Positions 39,874 to 54,022 of a DNA stretch of 64,000 bases are shown here, piece by piece. The notes below the pieces were generated by a model. It made no database searches. It was not told the origin of the DNA and saw nothing but the letters and a program-made list of their open reading frames with translations. Source of the stretch: Octopus vulgaris (taxonomy: Eukaryota); NCBI GenBank assembly GCA_951406725.2, contig OX597817.1:152644001-152708000 (forward strand), written 5' to 3'. Within the stretch, counting starts at the first letter, position 1. Each line of letters opens with the position of its first letter. The position numbers were made by a program, and so were the translations under genes.

Positions 39874-40407
39874 AACGGCAGTTTGTCTGTCTGTGTGTCT
39901 GTGTGTCTGTCAGGTTGTACCCTCACCCTGACCACGGCTTTCAACCGATTCTGATGAAACTTGACATACACATAGCCCAATGTCATAATTCAAAACTAAC
40001 GTAGCAAAAATTTTGAAAAGTTCCCCCAGTTCTGTAAAAAATCCATAAATTCGACATGGGGTCGAGAATCTAAGCTTTTTATACGCAACACATTTTCTGT
40101 TGTAGTTTTCGCAACTTGCAATCGATTTTCACCAAACTCATGGTGAAGCTTAATGTTACCCTAAGAAACTTAATTCTGACGTTAGTTTTCCATGCAATAC
40201 CTTATCATCAGAAAAAATCGATAAAATCATGCCATTTTGGGAAATCGCGTTGTCGCCCAAAGGGACAGCTAGGAACATCGTATACACAGAGGACACTGCA
40301 ACCTACACATGCGCCTTCGTTCCCTAGAGGGAAAGGACTAGATTGGGATTAGTCGTTGCCTACTAGGGGCTCTTATATACCAGGGCAACGCCGGGCTATG
40401 CTGCTAG
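39860..40407 (+). mobile_element. Non-autonomous Helitron
   Basis: 3' end CCAGGGCAACGCCGGG...TGCTAG|T, same terminus type as the 17.5 kb dimer. Confidence 0.75.
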
Positions 40408-41149
40408 TATATATATATATATATAGATAGATATACATATATATATATACATATATATATACACGCACACTCACACACACGTACAGACATACATACATTC
40501 ATATATGCATACATATATAAATATATAAGTTTTATATATATATACACATACACAAACGCACATCCATACATATATGTGTGTGTGTGTGTGTGTGAGTTTG
40601 TTGTAATAAAAGAAAGAAAAGTGCTCAATATCATAAATTGGAATATTAATTGGAAACTGTCGGTTCAAACCAGCGCTGGCAACTACTATTAGTGTTTTTT
40701 CTGCATAGTTGTCATTTCGTTCGTCAGATCAGCATGCTGGAAAATAACTTCAAACCAATGTTAGCAGATAACAGCATGCATCTCGCTTTGATGTCGCATT
40801 AACACAGGTGTTAAAATGAAAACCTTTCAACTTTTAAGACAATAGAATGAAGAGCGATATCTCAAGAGAGATTGAGTTTGACAGGGATGTAACCTGCAAT
40901 CTCAAAACGGGAACAGGAATTGACGCTAATGACTTTTGAGTGAGACGTTATAACAAAGGAAGTTGAGAAAGATGGAAGCTGTCACAGCTGTTAATTTCTT
41001 CAAAATTCATTGTTCATAAAGTTACATGCAGTTTGTAAATTTAAAGTCGATGCAAGGCAGATTTAGCAATCACCACTCCTCTTCCCCAATGTCTTTCCTT
41101 GCATTTTCTTTGTTATCAGACTCATAAATGCTTGCGTAAATTCTATATT

Positions 41150-43530
41150 TTCACTCAGATCAATACAAATCCAATACGTAGATCAACATATGTAAAAATG
41201 TAAGGATCATACAAATATCAACACATACTCAGATCAACGCATATATGGACCAACACATATTTGAATCAGCACTTACATAGATAATCCTTTATTTAAATCA
41301 ACACATACTCAAATCAAAACATTGTTAGATCAACACATACTTAGATCAGCACATACTAAGTTCTACGCATACTCAGATCAACGCATAATTAGATCAACAT
41401 GTACTTCTATCAACACATACTTAGATCAGCTCTTACGCAGATCAACGCTTGCTGAAATTACTGCATACAATGCATATTTAGATATACACATACTTCGATC
41501 ACAACTTACCAAAAAACTCTACATACCAGGATCAACATATACTCATATATACATATTCACATCAACACATACGCTGATCATCATATATTAAAGTCAAACT
41601 ATATTCAAAGCAATTCATATTCAGATCAACATATATCAAAAAGTATTTAAATCAACACATAGGCAGATTAACACATACTCTAATTAACGACACTCAGATC
41701 AATACGTTGATCAACGCTCAGGCCTAAACAGAAACCAATACACAAATCAAACGTATAGATCAACTTACAGATCACCACACAAAGTTCAATACACAGATCA
41801 ATGCATAGGTGAACAAACAGAGATCATACACGTAGAATCACAAATCAACAAGTGAATAGCATGTAGTCGATTTAAGTGTTCAGATGTGCTGATATTGATA
41901 TTGAGCTTCATGTTGATCTGTAAGTTAGTCTATGTGTTGATCTATACCTGAACTGTGGTTCACTGTCCGTTGGTCTACTAGTTAATACGTGTGATGGTCT
42001 GTGTGCTGATCTGAGTGTTAATCTGTTTATTGATCTTCATGTATATCTGTCTGTCTGTGCATTGATATGCGTGTTGGTCATATTGCTGACCGCTTTTGAT
42101 TATGCATCAATTTTGTATTGCTCATTGAGTGAATGTATCTGCTGAGCTGTGTAGTAGTTTGTGTGTGTATTTAATTGTTGCTCTTTTTTTAAGTTAAGAA
42201 ATGTATTGATCTATGTATTGATATAGATATCAATATGTATAGTTATGTGTCCATTGTCTTAATGCTATGTGTGTTGCATATGTTGATCAATGTTTTTTTT
42301 TATCAATATGTAGATTGATATGTAGTTCATTTATGTCTTGGTTAATTTATCATTCTATGATTTGATCTATGTTGATACTCATGATAACATAAGTGTGTTG
42401 AACTTTTTTTTATATATACGTTGATCTGCCTGTTGATCTATGAGTTGATCTGCGTTGATCTATGTTTTTATTAGTATGCTGATTTCTGTATTGATCGATG
42501 TACTGATCGATATGCTCATCTGTGCGTTAAACTTTGAGTTCATCGATGCGTTGGCCAATGTATTAATGTATACTGATCTATGGTGACACCTGTGATATTT
42601 GAGTTGATATCTGCATTGCTCTGCCCGTTGATCTCTATATTGATCAATATACTGATCAATATGTTCATCTGTGTGTTGGACTTTGTGTTCATCGATGTGT
42701 TGGTCAGTGTATTTATAGATATGCTAATATCTATGTGTTGACTTTTGAATTGATACGTGTGTTGATCTGCGTGTTGATCTATGTTGATCTGTTTTATTAG
42801 TGTGTTGATCTGTGCAACTATCACTTTGTTGATTTGTGTGTTGATATATATGTGTTGATCAGTGAGGTTGATCTAGCAGATGTTCAGTTTGAACTCCTGT
42901 GGCTTGTTGATTTTGTTTTTAGCACACCCCCGCGTCATTCTTGATCGAGCAGACATATAAACAAAGATAGTTGATAAACGTGTGTTAATGTTTGACTTGA
43001 TATGTACATATGTTCATACGTGTGTCGACATGGTTGCTGATCAAGAAAATTTTCTATAAGATATTCAGAACTCTGATCTGAGTATACATGTATGTAGTGA
43101 TTCATGTGTTCATCTATTTGTTGACCTGTGTTTTTAATTGTATATTGAGCTATGTATACTTATCCATACCTTGATCTGTGTTGATCTTTGTATTTATGTT
43201 GATCAATGTATTGATGTGCTAATGTGTTGATCAACGTATTAATTTACCATTTGGCCTGTACACGGATATATACGTTGATCCGAGCATTGTTCTAAGTGGT
43301 GTTCTCACTGTTAATATAAGTAATATTTTGCATGATTAAATAAACGTCTAGGTACGTTTTGATCTGTATCCTTAACTTCCACTGGTGCGTCGATCTATCA
43401 ACTGATCTGCCTCTCGACCAGTACATTGATCTGAGCACTGATCGCGAGGGTGATCTATATGCAGATATGAGTGATGCGTTGTGTGATTATATGACCTGCC
43501 TATTGTTTTGGGTATCAATGTCTGTTGATA
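41150..43530. repeat. Degenerate GATC-containing minisatellite with a strand switch near 41870
   Basis: AGATCAACACATACTY (16-mer) and GATCAAYACACA (12-mer) on the left; TGTTGATCTRTG units on the right. Confidence 0.85.
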
Positions 43531-43544
43531 TGTGTCCTGTATAC

Positions 43545-43720
43545 TCTTTACTCTTTTACTTGTTTCAGTCATTTGACTGCGGCCATGCTGGAGCACCACT
43601 TTTAGTCGAGCAAATCGACCCCGGGACTTATTCTTTGTAAGCCCAGTACTTATTCAATCGGTCTCTTTTGCCGAACCGCTAAGTGACGGGGACGTAAACA
43701 CACCAGCATCGGTTGTCAAG

Positions 43721-43752
<32 letters not shown>

Positions 43753-43918
43753 CATATATACGACAGTTTCCGTTTCCGTCTACCAAATCCACTCACAAGG
43801 CATTGGTCGGCCCGGGGCTATAGTAGAAGACACTTGCCCAAGATGCCACGCAGTGGGACTGAACCCGGAACCATGTGGTTGATTAGCAAGCTACTTACCA
43901 CACAGCCACTCCTGCGCC
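43545..43918 (-). mobile_element. SINE family A, young
   Basis: Close to 29120-29540. Confidence 0.92.
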
Positions 43919-44009
43919 TATGGTGATCTCACTTCAGTGTCCTCTATTTTAACAGACTTCCCTAGGTGAGTGAAGCTGACGGAGTTAATGATCAACTTGA
44001 ATTCTTGTA

Positions 44010-44080
44010 GGCCGTTATTACTGATGTTGTTGTTGCAGTTGTTGCGGTTGTTATTGTTGTTGTTGCTGCTGCTGCTGCTG

Positions 44081-44146
<66 letters not shown>

Positions 44147-44216
44147 TTGGTGGTGGTGCTGCCTTCGCTGCAGCTGTTGTTATTGTTGCTGTTGTTGTTG
44201 GTGGTGGTGGTGGTGT
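44010..44216. repeat. (TTG)/(CTG)/(CTA)/(GGT) trinucleotide tract
   Basis: Directly visible. Confidence 0.9.
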
Positions 44217-44534
44217 AATCTAGTTGTTGGTCTGCTTGATCCAAATCAACCTGGAAGGAGCAAACCTATGACAAAACAGTGTTCCAATTGTACCCAACAT
44301 GTCTTTAACTCCGAACTAGAATATCTAAGAATTCTCTACCCAATGTGTGGGCACCGCCTTGAATAAGTTTTAGTCGAATGTAACGACTCTAATACATATA
44401 TCTTTTGAAAAGCCTGGTACTTATTTTATCGGTCTCTTTTACAGAACCGCTAAGTTATGGGGACGTAAACACACAAGCACATGTTGTCAAGCTGTAGTGG
44501 GGGAGGAGGTACAAACACAAGCACAAAGACTCAT

Positions 44535-44594
<60 letters not shown>

Positions 44595-44619
44595 TTGTGT
44601 ATATATATGTATATATATA

Positions 44620-44675
<56 letters not shown>

Positions 44676-44702
44676 AAATATATATGTATACGTATGTATA
44701 TA

Positions 44703-44780
44703 TAGGGGTTGGACAAAATAATGTGAATACCTAGCATCATAGCATCATAATTTTGAAATGTCTATAAAACCAGTTTTATA
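44703..44780 (+). mobile_element. Isolated Tc1 TIR end, same family as 37907-39004
   Basis: AGGGGTTGGACAAAATAATGTGAATACCT resembles AAGGATTGGACAAGATAATGGAAACACCT. Confidence 0.65.
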
Positions 44781-44858
44781 TTTAAGAGATGGGAATTATG
44801 TATATTATTTACATTATTTACATTTGACAGATATTTGTCCTCATCTTATTTGTTGTTA

Positions 44859-44902
44859 ACACAACGTTTCGGCTGATATACTCTCCAGCCTTCATCAGGT
44901 GT
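44859..44902 (-). ncRNA. Minimal type I hammerhead ribozyme (family 2) in pLTR-like fragment 44790-44917
   Basis: acac-CTGATGA-a-ggctg-(10 nt)-cagcc-GAAA-cg-TT-gtgt. Confidence 0.78.
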
Positions 44903-44916
44903 CTTGGGGAAATTTC

Positions 44917-44959
<43 letters not shown>

Positions 44960-45273
44960 TTCTCTGGTTGACTTGAAGACCCCATCCTATTAGGGGCCTT
45001 AACTCCCACATTTTAGAGCTCCATGTGCTCCATTTTTCAGGAGCAAATTCCTTTGAATGGGTTTGGATTTTGGAATCTGGGCTTAAAGATGAGTGGTATG
45101 GGATAAATATGTCATGATTAGAATTTTTTTTAGGGTGTGTAAAAGGGGAAAGAACCCCAATTAAAACTCGTAATCTCCAATGTTGATGAAATCCGAATCA
45201 TAGAAAAAATATAAAAGAAAAGTCTTATTCCTCAATTCCATGTGAAACGGGCAACGCCGGGTATCTCTGCTAG
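44960..45273 (+). mobile_element. Helitron 3' portion
   Basis: ACGGGCAACGCCGGGTATCTCTGCTAG|T terminus. Confidence 0.65.
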
Positions 45274-45313
45274 TATGTATATATGTATGTAGACTGGTAT
45301 ATGTATATGCATA

Positions 45314-45371
<58 letters not shown>

Positions 45372-46094
45372 CACGTACGCGCGCATACACACTCGCACAA
45401 GCAAACGCGCGCTTTGTTTCTCAGATGTGTCGCGTCATAGTGATTAGAGAGAAAATGGTTCCAGAGTGAAAATATTTTGAGGATCTCCATTGGTCAGTTC
45501 AAATCACGTTGAGCAGAAAATTGACACAGCGACAACAAATATTCACGTCTGTTGCTCCACCCACCTCATGAATATTCATTTGTTGTCTCTTGCTTGAACT
45601 TTTAATCATAGACGTCTGTTAGACCAGGGCTGACCAACATAAGGCCATCAATTACAATAATCACTTAAAACACTGTTTTTACTGCAATCATATTTTGCTT
45701 TCTGAGTTCAAATTCTGTCGAGGTCAATTTCACTTTTATGCTTTCGGGGTCAGTAAAATAAGTCCCAGTTGAGCACTAGGGACGATATAATCCACTAGCT
45801 TTATCCCTCCAAATTGCAGAAGAATCATTGCTATAATCATCACCAATCGAATCAACGAGAGAGGCTGTATGAGGTCGCTTCACCTGGAGGAAATGCCAGC
45901 AAGAGTTCCTTCGAGTTTCACCCTGGGACATATTAGATATGATCCGAAATACACTGTGGCTGAAAAGCAAGACATGGTAGCCGTTATTGCAATGCCTTTG
46001 GATCATAGTTCATCTTGGTCAGATATATTCATCGTGATCAGATCATAGTTCATCTTGATCACGTATGTTCGACCTCATCAGATATGTACGACTA

Positions 46095-46274
46095 GCATCA
46101 TCAGCTTCATGATCAACATCATCTTCACCAACAGCAGCGGCAGCGACAACAACAATACCAACAACAAGCTAATATCTTTACAATTACTGCGACTTCCTCT
46201 AGCATTTCTACTGTCACCACTACAAATACAAATGCTAGTACTTCTACTACTACTACCATCACGAGTACTACCAT

Positions 46275-46318
<44 letters not shown>

Positions 46319-46402
46319 ACAACACCACCACCACCTCCGTCTCCGCCGCCGCCGCCACCATCATCATCGTCATCGTCCACGTCATCGTCATCATCATCAT
46401 CG

Positions 46403-46459
<57 letters not shown>

Positions 46460-46843
46460 ATCATCATCATCACGATCACTTTCACTATCCCCACTAAAAA
46501 CCATTATAAATATTAACACGACCACAACGACGGCGGCCGGGACTACCACTACCACCAAGACCACCACCACCACCACCAACACTACCACGACTGCCACCAC
46601 AGCTGCCATCATCACAGCCGTCATCAACGCCACAGTAAATTGCACCACAAACACCAACCACCAGCAACAGCACCTGTAAAACAATTACATCTGCCAGCGT
46701 CTTCATCCTGCCCCCCCCCCGTCACACACCTTACATTTCCTTATCGATTACTTCATTCACTGGCCGCCATTTTAGAACAGTTTTTATGGCAGATTGCATT
46801 TCTAATTCTATTGCTGTCGTTATCTCGTACACATACACGCACA

Positions 46844-46918
<75 letters not shown>

Positions 46919-47327
46919 ACACACACAGAGACTTTCACATACGCAAGCACAAACATATACATACATATGCATGCACACATACAAGCATACATAAACACAT
47001 ACATCCAAAACACTATCATCATCATCACAAACATATACATCCTTGCACATGTATATACATACATACATACACACATACATATATATATATATACATACAT
47101 ACATACATACATACATACATGCATACATACAAGCATATGTATATGTGTGTGTCTATATGTATATCATCTGTACATAAATATGTGTATACATATGTTTTGA
47201 TGTATATGTACTCTTAGATCATTATATATACATATTTAAATATACACGATGTGTGCATATGTATGTATGTTTGTGTGTGCGTATATATATGCAACAAAGC
47301 CTTCATAAACAAGAAACCCTTAAGCAG

Positions 47328-47369
<42 letters not shown>

Positions 47370-47485
47370 CATATATATATGTATGTATATATATATATAT
47401 ATATGCATATATATATGTATATATATATATACGTGTGTGTTTATATACATGCATATATATGTATATATATGTATATATTTATATG

Positions 47486-47548
<63 letters not shown>

Positions 47549-47661
47549 GTTTTATGTCTGTGTGTATGTATAAATGCATGTAAGTGTGTATGTGCGTGAA
47601 AGTGAAGCCACTCATATATGAATTAGCTTTTCTAATTAGTGCCAATCACAATTTAAAAAAT

Positions 47662-47702
<41 letters not shown>

Positions 47703-47997
47703 GAGAGCAGTATCAGTAGCGCCATCGTCACCTCCATCACCGCCACATCCGCCACCGCCTGCCACAACCGCCAGCACCGCCGCCACCGCCTGCCACCATC
47801 TCCACCGACATCACCGCAGAAGCGCAGGGAACGTATAAAATGAATTACCATTAGCATTTACAGCAAGAACAACTGAATGAATAACAGCGATAACAATGGC
47901 AGCACTAGGACCACTTCCACGAACAACTAACTGTAACGACAACAACAACAACAACGACCCAAAAGCCATAACAATTAAGGAAACAAAAGTAGCATCG

Positions 47998-48028
<31 letters not shown>

Positions 48029-48838
48029 CCACAGCGACAACAACAACAACAACAACTGCAGCAATCAGACAATGGACCACAAAGGGATTACAACAATAAC
48101 AACGTAACATTGTAACAACGGCAACAACGACAATAATATTATCGCAACAAGAATTCTATTGTCATTGATAGCAACAACAAGAACGCCGCCGATACACACT
48201 GTAAAGCAACAGCTACACCAACAGCTGCAACGATACCATTTATCATTCACGCCATAGCAACAATATTATTATCATTCATAGCAACAATAGCAAAATGATA
48301 CTTTGAAATTCGAAACAACAAATGATACTTTGAAATTCGAAACAACGACAACAAAAACAACAACAACAATAGCAGTTGCAGCAATAGCAACAACGTTATC
48401 ATTCGCAATAGCAACGACAGTTACAACAACGTGAAGATCGTTAATTACTGTTCACAATAGCAACAGTACCATTGCCAGTGGTAACAACTGCAACAATACC
48501 GTTCACAACAACAAAAAGATCATTGCCGTTAACAACAACTACAATACCTGTAACATTCGCATCAACAATAACACAATCACCATTATCATTCGCATCAACA
48601 ATAACACCAACATCACTACCATTCACAGCAGCAGCAGCAGCAGTTGCCGTTCAAGAATTTAGACCTGGAGATCTCCATTTCCAGCGACTTCGAGGGCCAC
48701 CTCCCAGTGGTGTCGGGCGTCAACGAAGAGCCCTCAACTACAACAAGACGGCCAAAGTTTTTTATTCCAAGGTCTGGGGTCTCCCGCCCCTATGCCCTAG
48801 ACCATCACCTAATCACCCTTACCCGTCTTGTTGCTTAA

Positions 48839-48873
<35 letters not shown>

Positions 48874-49933
48874 GTAACAGCAGCAGTAACAGCAGCAGTA
48901 GCAGCAGCAACAGCAGCAACAACACCAACCACAACAATAGCTACAATACCATTATCAGTAGCAACGAAGGGACAACACCGTTCGCAACAGTAAAGAAGAT
49001 CATTGTCGTTCGTAACATGCACAATCCAAGTAAAACTCGCGTCAACAATAACATCAACACCATTATCATTCGCAACATCAACAGTAGCAGCATCAACATC
49101 AGCAGCAACAACAGCAGCCACAGCAATAATAACAGCGACTTTCATATCACAATTCACAACAATAGCAACAGACCACCATTACCAATAGCAATAATAGGAA
49201 CAATACCACTAGCAACAACAAAAAAGTCATTGTCGTTCACAACTACAATATCAGTCACATTCGCATCAGCAATAACAACATTCAATGACAATTAGCAGCA
49301 AGAAGACTAAGAAGAAGGTGACGACGACGAAGAAGAAGACCAAGAAGAATAAGAACAATAACAACAACAACATTCCCATTACCATTCGCAACAACAGCAA
49401 TAACGACGATAAAAGTAAAAAAACAAGAGCAATACCACCTACATACGCAAGAATAACACCAATACCATTCATATGAACAAACAATAATGAAGAAGCCGTA
49501 ACAAATAGTAAAGCAATGATAACAATTATACCATTCGCAACAAAAATAACACCTACAATCAACAAAAGTGGAGGCGCAATGGCCCAGTGATTAGGGCAGC
49601 GAACTCGTGTCGGAGGATCGCGGTTTCGATTCCCAGACCGGGCGTTGCGTATGTTTATTGAGCGAAAACACCTAAAGCTCCACGAGGCTACGGCAGGGGG
49701 TGGTGGCGACCACTGTTGTACTCTTTCGCCCCAACTTTCTCTCACTCTTTCTTCCTGTTTCTTGAGTAACGCTGCGATGGGCTGGCGTCCCGTCCAGCTG
49801 GGGGGGGGGAACACATACGCCATAGAAACCGGGAAACCGGGCCCATGAGCCTGGCTAGGCTTGAAAAGGGCGCATAAATAAACAAAAACAAACAACAAAA
49901 ACCATTATAAGTAGTACAATACCGTAAGGATTC

Positions 49934-49972
<39 letters not shown>

Positions 49973-50890
49973 GGAATGGTTAAAGCATTGTTTGTCATTT
50001 TTGGTGTAGTATAACAACAATCAGAATGAGAAAGAAAACTACAAAACTATTCAACAATACCACTGCCATTACCACCATCGTCAACATTACCGCCATCATC
50101 AGCACCATCTCCACCACTCTCATGAGCCTGATCACCACCAACACCATCGCCACCGTCGCCACCACCGCCACCACCACCACCACAACCACCACCACCACCA
50201 CTATCAACACACCAATATTACTATTACCATCAGCATTGACCATCATCATCATCCTCATCAACATCACCTCCACGGCCATCGTCGCCACCATTATTGGCTC
50301 CACGACGACTATCACCACCACCACCACTACTATCACTACCACAAACAATATCACCACCATAGCCATCATAACCATCACCATCACCATCACCATCACCATC
50401 ACAACTACTATCATCACCACAACCACCGTTACCACCATAACCGTTACCATCCCTACTACTACTACCACCACCACCCACCACCACCACCATCACCACCACC
50501 ACCACCAAAACCATCATTACCACTATTGCCGCCACCACTACCAACATATTACTATCACCAACAACCTCCTCATCACTATCGCCACCACCCATCTTCATTA
50601 TGATTACCACCACCACCGCAACCACCGTCATCGCCATCCGTACGAGTCAAAACTACAGCAACAGGAAGACGAGCAACAACAATACGAACGACAATAGCAA
50701 CCATAATAACAAAGACGTCAGAAACCAAACGAAAACTTCTGTAGCAGCAGCAGCAGCATCAGCATCAGCAACAGCAGCAGCAACAATGACCGCAGCAGCA
50801 ACAATGTCCGCAGCAGCAACGGCCTCAACAGCAACAGCGTCCGCAGCAGCTGCTTCACGCACGCACTGCAATACCCTACGCCACCACCAA
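46095..50890. repeat. Long low-complexity domain of (CAA), (CAC), (CAT), (CTA), (CAG) trinucleotide and dinucleotide tracts
   Basis: Directly visible; strong C/A skew on the plus strand. Confidence 0.9.
49569..49882 (+). mobile_element. tRNA-headed SINE (family C), full length
   Basis: GGAGGCGCAATGGCCCAGTGATTAGGGCAGCG...GGTTTCGATTCCC; A-rich tail. Confidence 0.88.
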
Positions 50891-51138
50891 TAGATAATGT
50901 TACATGCATTGGTGCAGAAGGTTACCACAGAGATCTGTTTATCTCTTCTTAATACTGATCACTGCATCAACAAATAGTTCAAAAGTCTTCAGCAAGGCTT
51001 TCAACCGAATTGAATTTTCTCTTATTTGTATTTTTTCTTGTGTTTACAAATTATATTCAATTATCTATTTCCTTGTCTTCTCCCTCAATCCATCCCTTCC
51101 TCCCTAACCATCTGTCTCAGTCTGTCTCTGTCTTTGCC

Positions 51139-51287
<149 letters not shown>

Positions 51288-51433
51288 CTGTATATTTTGT
51301 ATATTTTCATTTGTCTTGCTCGCTTACGTTCTGGCGTTTGCTAAATTTTCTTGAGAACATTCCTTTCTTAGTGGTAAGACCATAGGGAGTCGACTTCTCG
51401 CATAATGGATGTCCACTTAGTGGTCATCCAGCT

Positions 51434-51494
<61 letters not shown>

Positions 51495-51544
51495 GGAAAA
51501 AAGTCAAGATAGAAAATGCTAAAATAATTTTATAAAAAACATTT

Positions 51545-51580
51545 CAGTACCGGTTTCAGTTATTGAGACTTTTTCAACCT
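51545..51580 (-). ncRNA. Hammerhead-like motif with U3-A8 core (family 6)
   Basis: gg-TTGAAAA-agt-ctcaata-act-GAAA-ccgg-TA-ct. Confidence 0.5.
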
Positions 51581-52013
51581 TAAGTATGGAAAACAATTGA
51601 ATTTAGAAAAATTTAAAAAGTTTTTTTTAAAAGAATATTTGTATAGTATTCAAATACAAGGGGCATTTTCCTTGTTTCTGCTTGTCCCTGTCTCTCTTAT
51701 TTACTCTTGTGGGTTCTCGAACGGTGTTATTGAATCGAGGGTTCTTTTGAAAATACCTAGTTTCAAAAGTTATGAAGAAACCCTCGATTCAATAACACCA
51801 TTTACAAACTCTATGCTTGGAATGACCAATTTTAAATACTACTGGAACTTACAAACAAAGTACAGGAAACTTATATGTATACCATTCTGCTTAAATAATG
51901 GAACTGCGGATACAATATCCCTGCATATCTCACATCTGTTTTCATTCCTTCACTTCACTCTCTATTTCATATCTTCTCTAGAATAACTGTTGCTTAACCA
52001 TCTTCTAACATTG

Positions 52014-52272
52014 TCTCCGATGAACGATATATATAATATCCCGGAAACAGCTATAAGGTCGTCTCTTTAAAGATGTTCCATTCACTGTCTTGGATTTTTA
52101 TCTCATTCTGTTAATTTTTTTTTATATATACGCATGCTAATATATGACCTACGTTGGACTCCTCATTCGCATAATCACCGAATCTGGAGCTTAACTATAG
52201 TCTGTCCATAGTACTTACTCTGCATTATCTGATACCTTTGAGTTTTCTTGACACCATTACCTCTCATAACTT

Positions 52273-52275
<3 letters not shown>
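52014..52275 (+). mobile_element. Family 4 hammerhead-led pLTR-like element
   Basis: tct-CCGATGA-..gatat..atatc..-GAAA-cagcta-TA-agg at 52014-52058; homologous to the reverse complement of 55165-55430. Confidence 0.7.
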
Positions 52276-52354
<79 letters not shown>

Positions 52355-52424
52355 CCACATAATCAGACTAAATATTTGTATATGTGTATATATGCATGTA
52401 TGCATATATACATACGCTTTTATT

Positions 52425-52674
52425 ATTCTTTTATTCTTTTTTCTTTTACTTGTTTCAGTCATTTGACTGCAGCCATGCTGGTGCACCGCCTTTAGTCGAC
52501 GAAATCGATCCCAGAGCTTATGGTTTGTAAGCCTAGTACTTATTCTATCGGTCCCTTTTACCGAACTGCTAAGTTACGAGGACGTAAACACACCAACATC
52601 GGTTGTCAAAGGATGACAGGAGAGAAAAACAGACACATTCACACACACACGCACACACACACACGCACACACAC

Positions 52675-52736
<62 letters not shown>

Positions 52737-52892
52737 GACGGCCTTCTTTCAGTTTCCCTTTGCCAAATCTATTCACACGGCTTTGGTCGACTCGAGGCTA
52801 TAGTAGAAGACACTTGACCAAGGTGCCACGCAGTGAGACTGAAACCGGAACCATGTGGTTGGGAAGCAAGCTTCTTACCACACAACGATGCC
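52425..52892 (-). mobile_element. SINE family A
   Basis: Family similarity. Confidence 0.9.
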
Positions 52893-53467
52893 TGGACCTA
52901 TATATATATACGAATATATATATATATGGATATAGATATAGATATTCTTGTATTCCGTTCTACATATATTGCTACTAACACCATTATAATTATAATCATT
53001 ATTACGCTCATGTTAATATGTGCATACATATACATAGATGCATTCACACACACACATAAACACACATACACACGTATGCATGCGTACTGAAACACACCTA
53101 TACATATACACACATAGACACACACAAACACAGATACTTATACACAAATACATGTGTCCATAAACGCGCGTATATAGAGTGGATGATTCTTTCGCGTTCG
53201 CACTAAATGCAATTAAGAGAGAAACAAAAAAACTCAATACAGTTATGTAGCGTGAAATGCTATTATTTATTCAAAGCTGAGTTTGCACGAATCGTTACTC
53301 AAGGTTTTTCGTTAATGATCTTCATTTATAATTCCTCAAAAATACAAGGTGTATCTTAATGGATCTGTGTTCGATAGTAATCAATAATTTCGTAGAATAT
53401 CAAATTTAGGGCGTAAATAATGTAGGCGATTAGGACACGGAGAGACAAATCAAGGTATATACACATA

Positions 53468-53630
53468 GGCGCAAGAGTGGTTGTGTCGTAAAAAGCTTGC
53501 TTTCCAGCCTCATGGTTTCGGGTTCATCCCATTGCGTGGAAACTTGTGCAAGTGTCTTCTACTTTAGCCCCGAACCGACCAAAGCCTTGTGAGTGGATTT
53601 GGTAGAGAGAAACTGAAAGAAGCTCGTCAT
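53468..53630 (+). mobile_element. SINE family A 5' half
   Basis: Family similarity. Confidence 0.85.
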
Positions 53631-53834
53631 ACACACACACACACATACACACACACGCACACACACACACACATACACACACACACATACACACACAATC
53701 ACACACACACACACACTCACACACACAATTGTAATATGCGCACTGAAACGCCAACGCCTGTACGTAGAAATAGACCCCAAATAGTCTACAAACCACTTAA
53801 GTTACCACAATGTATATATATATATATATATAGA

Positions 53835-54022
53835 CTAATGCTCCACAACCGTTATACCGCGGTACACTGGTGTACTACCTGACGATGCTAGGTGTGCCGC
53901 TGTGTAACCGGAATATAATTATTTTCCTTATATTTTTCGTTATATATTTAATTTAGGTGTGTCGCCGAAATTCGAAAAAAATACAAGTGTGCCAAAAGGG
54001 GAAAAAATAACACAAAACCCTA
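53835..54022. mobile_element. Possible decayed hAT-type MITE
   Basis: Repeated subterminal-type GTGTGCC motifs; termini poorly preserved. Confidence 0.3.

Noticed and set aside
49569-49645. tRNA-like sequences here and at 60-128 and 15400-15468
   Set aside because: They are SINE heads that continue into SINE bodies; no complete cloverleaf or terminator.
50026-50697. 223-aa Thr/His-rich ORF
   Set aside because: It derives from (ACC)/(ATC) repeats, does not start at ATG, and overlaps equally long antisense ORFs.
53878-53910. CTGACGA as a hammerhead core (likewise CTGATGA at 34783, 39951 and 55833)
   Set aside because: No correctly placed stem II + GAAA + NUH follows.
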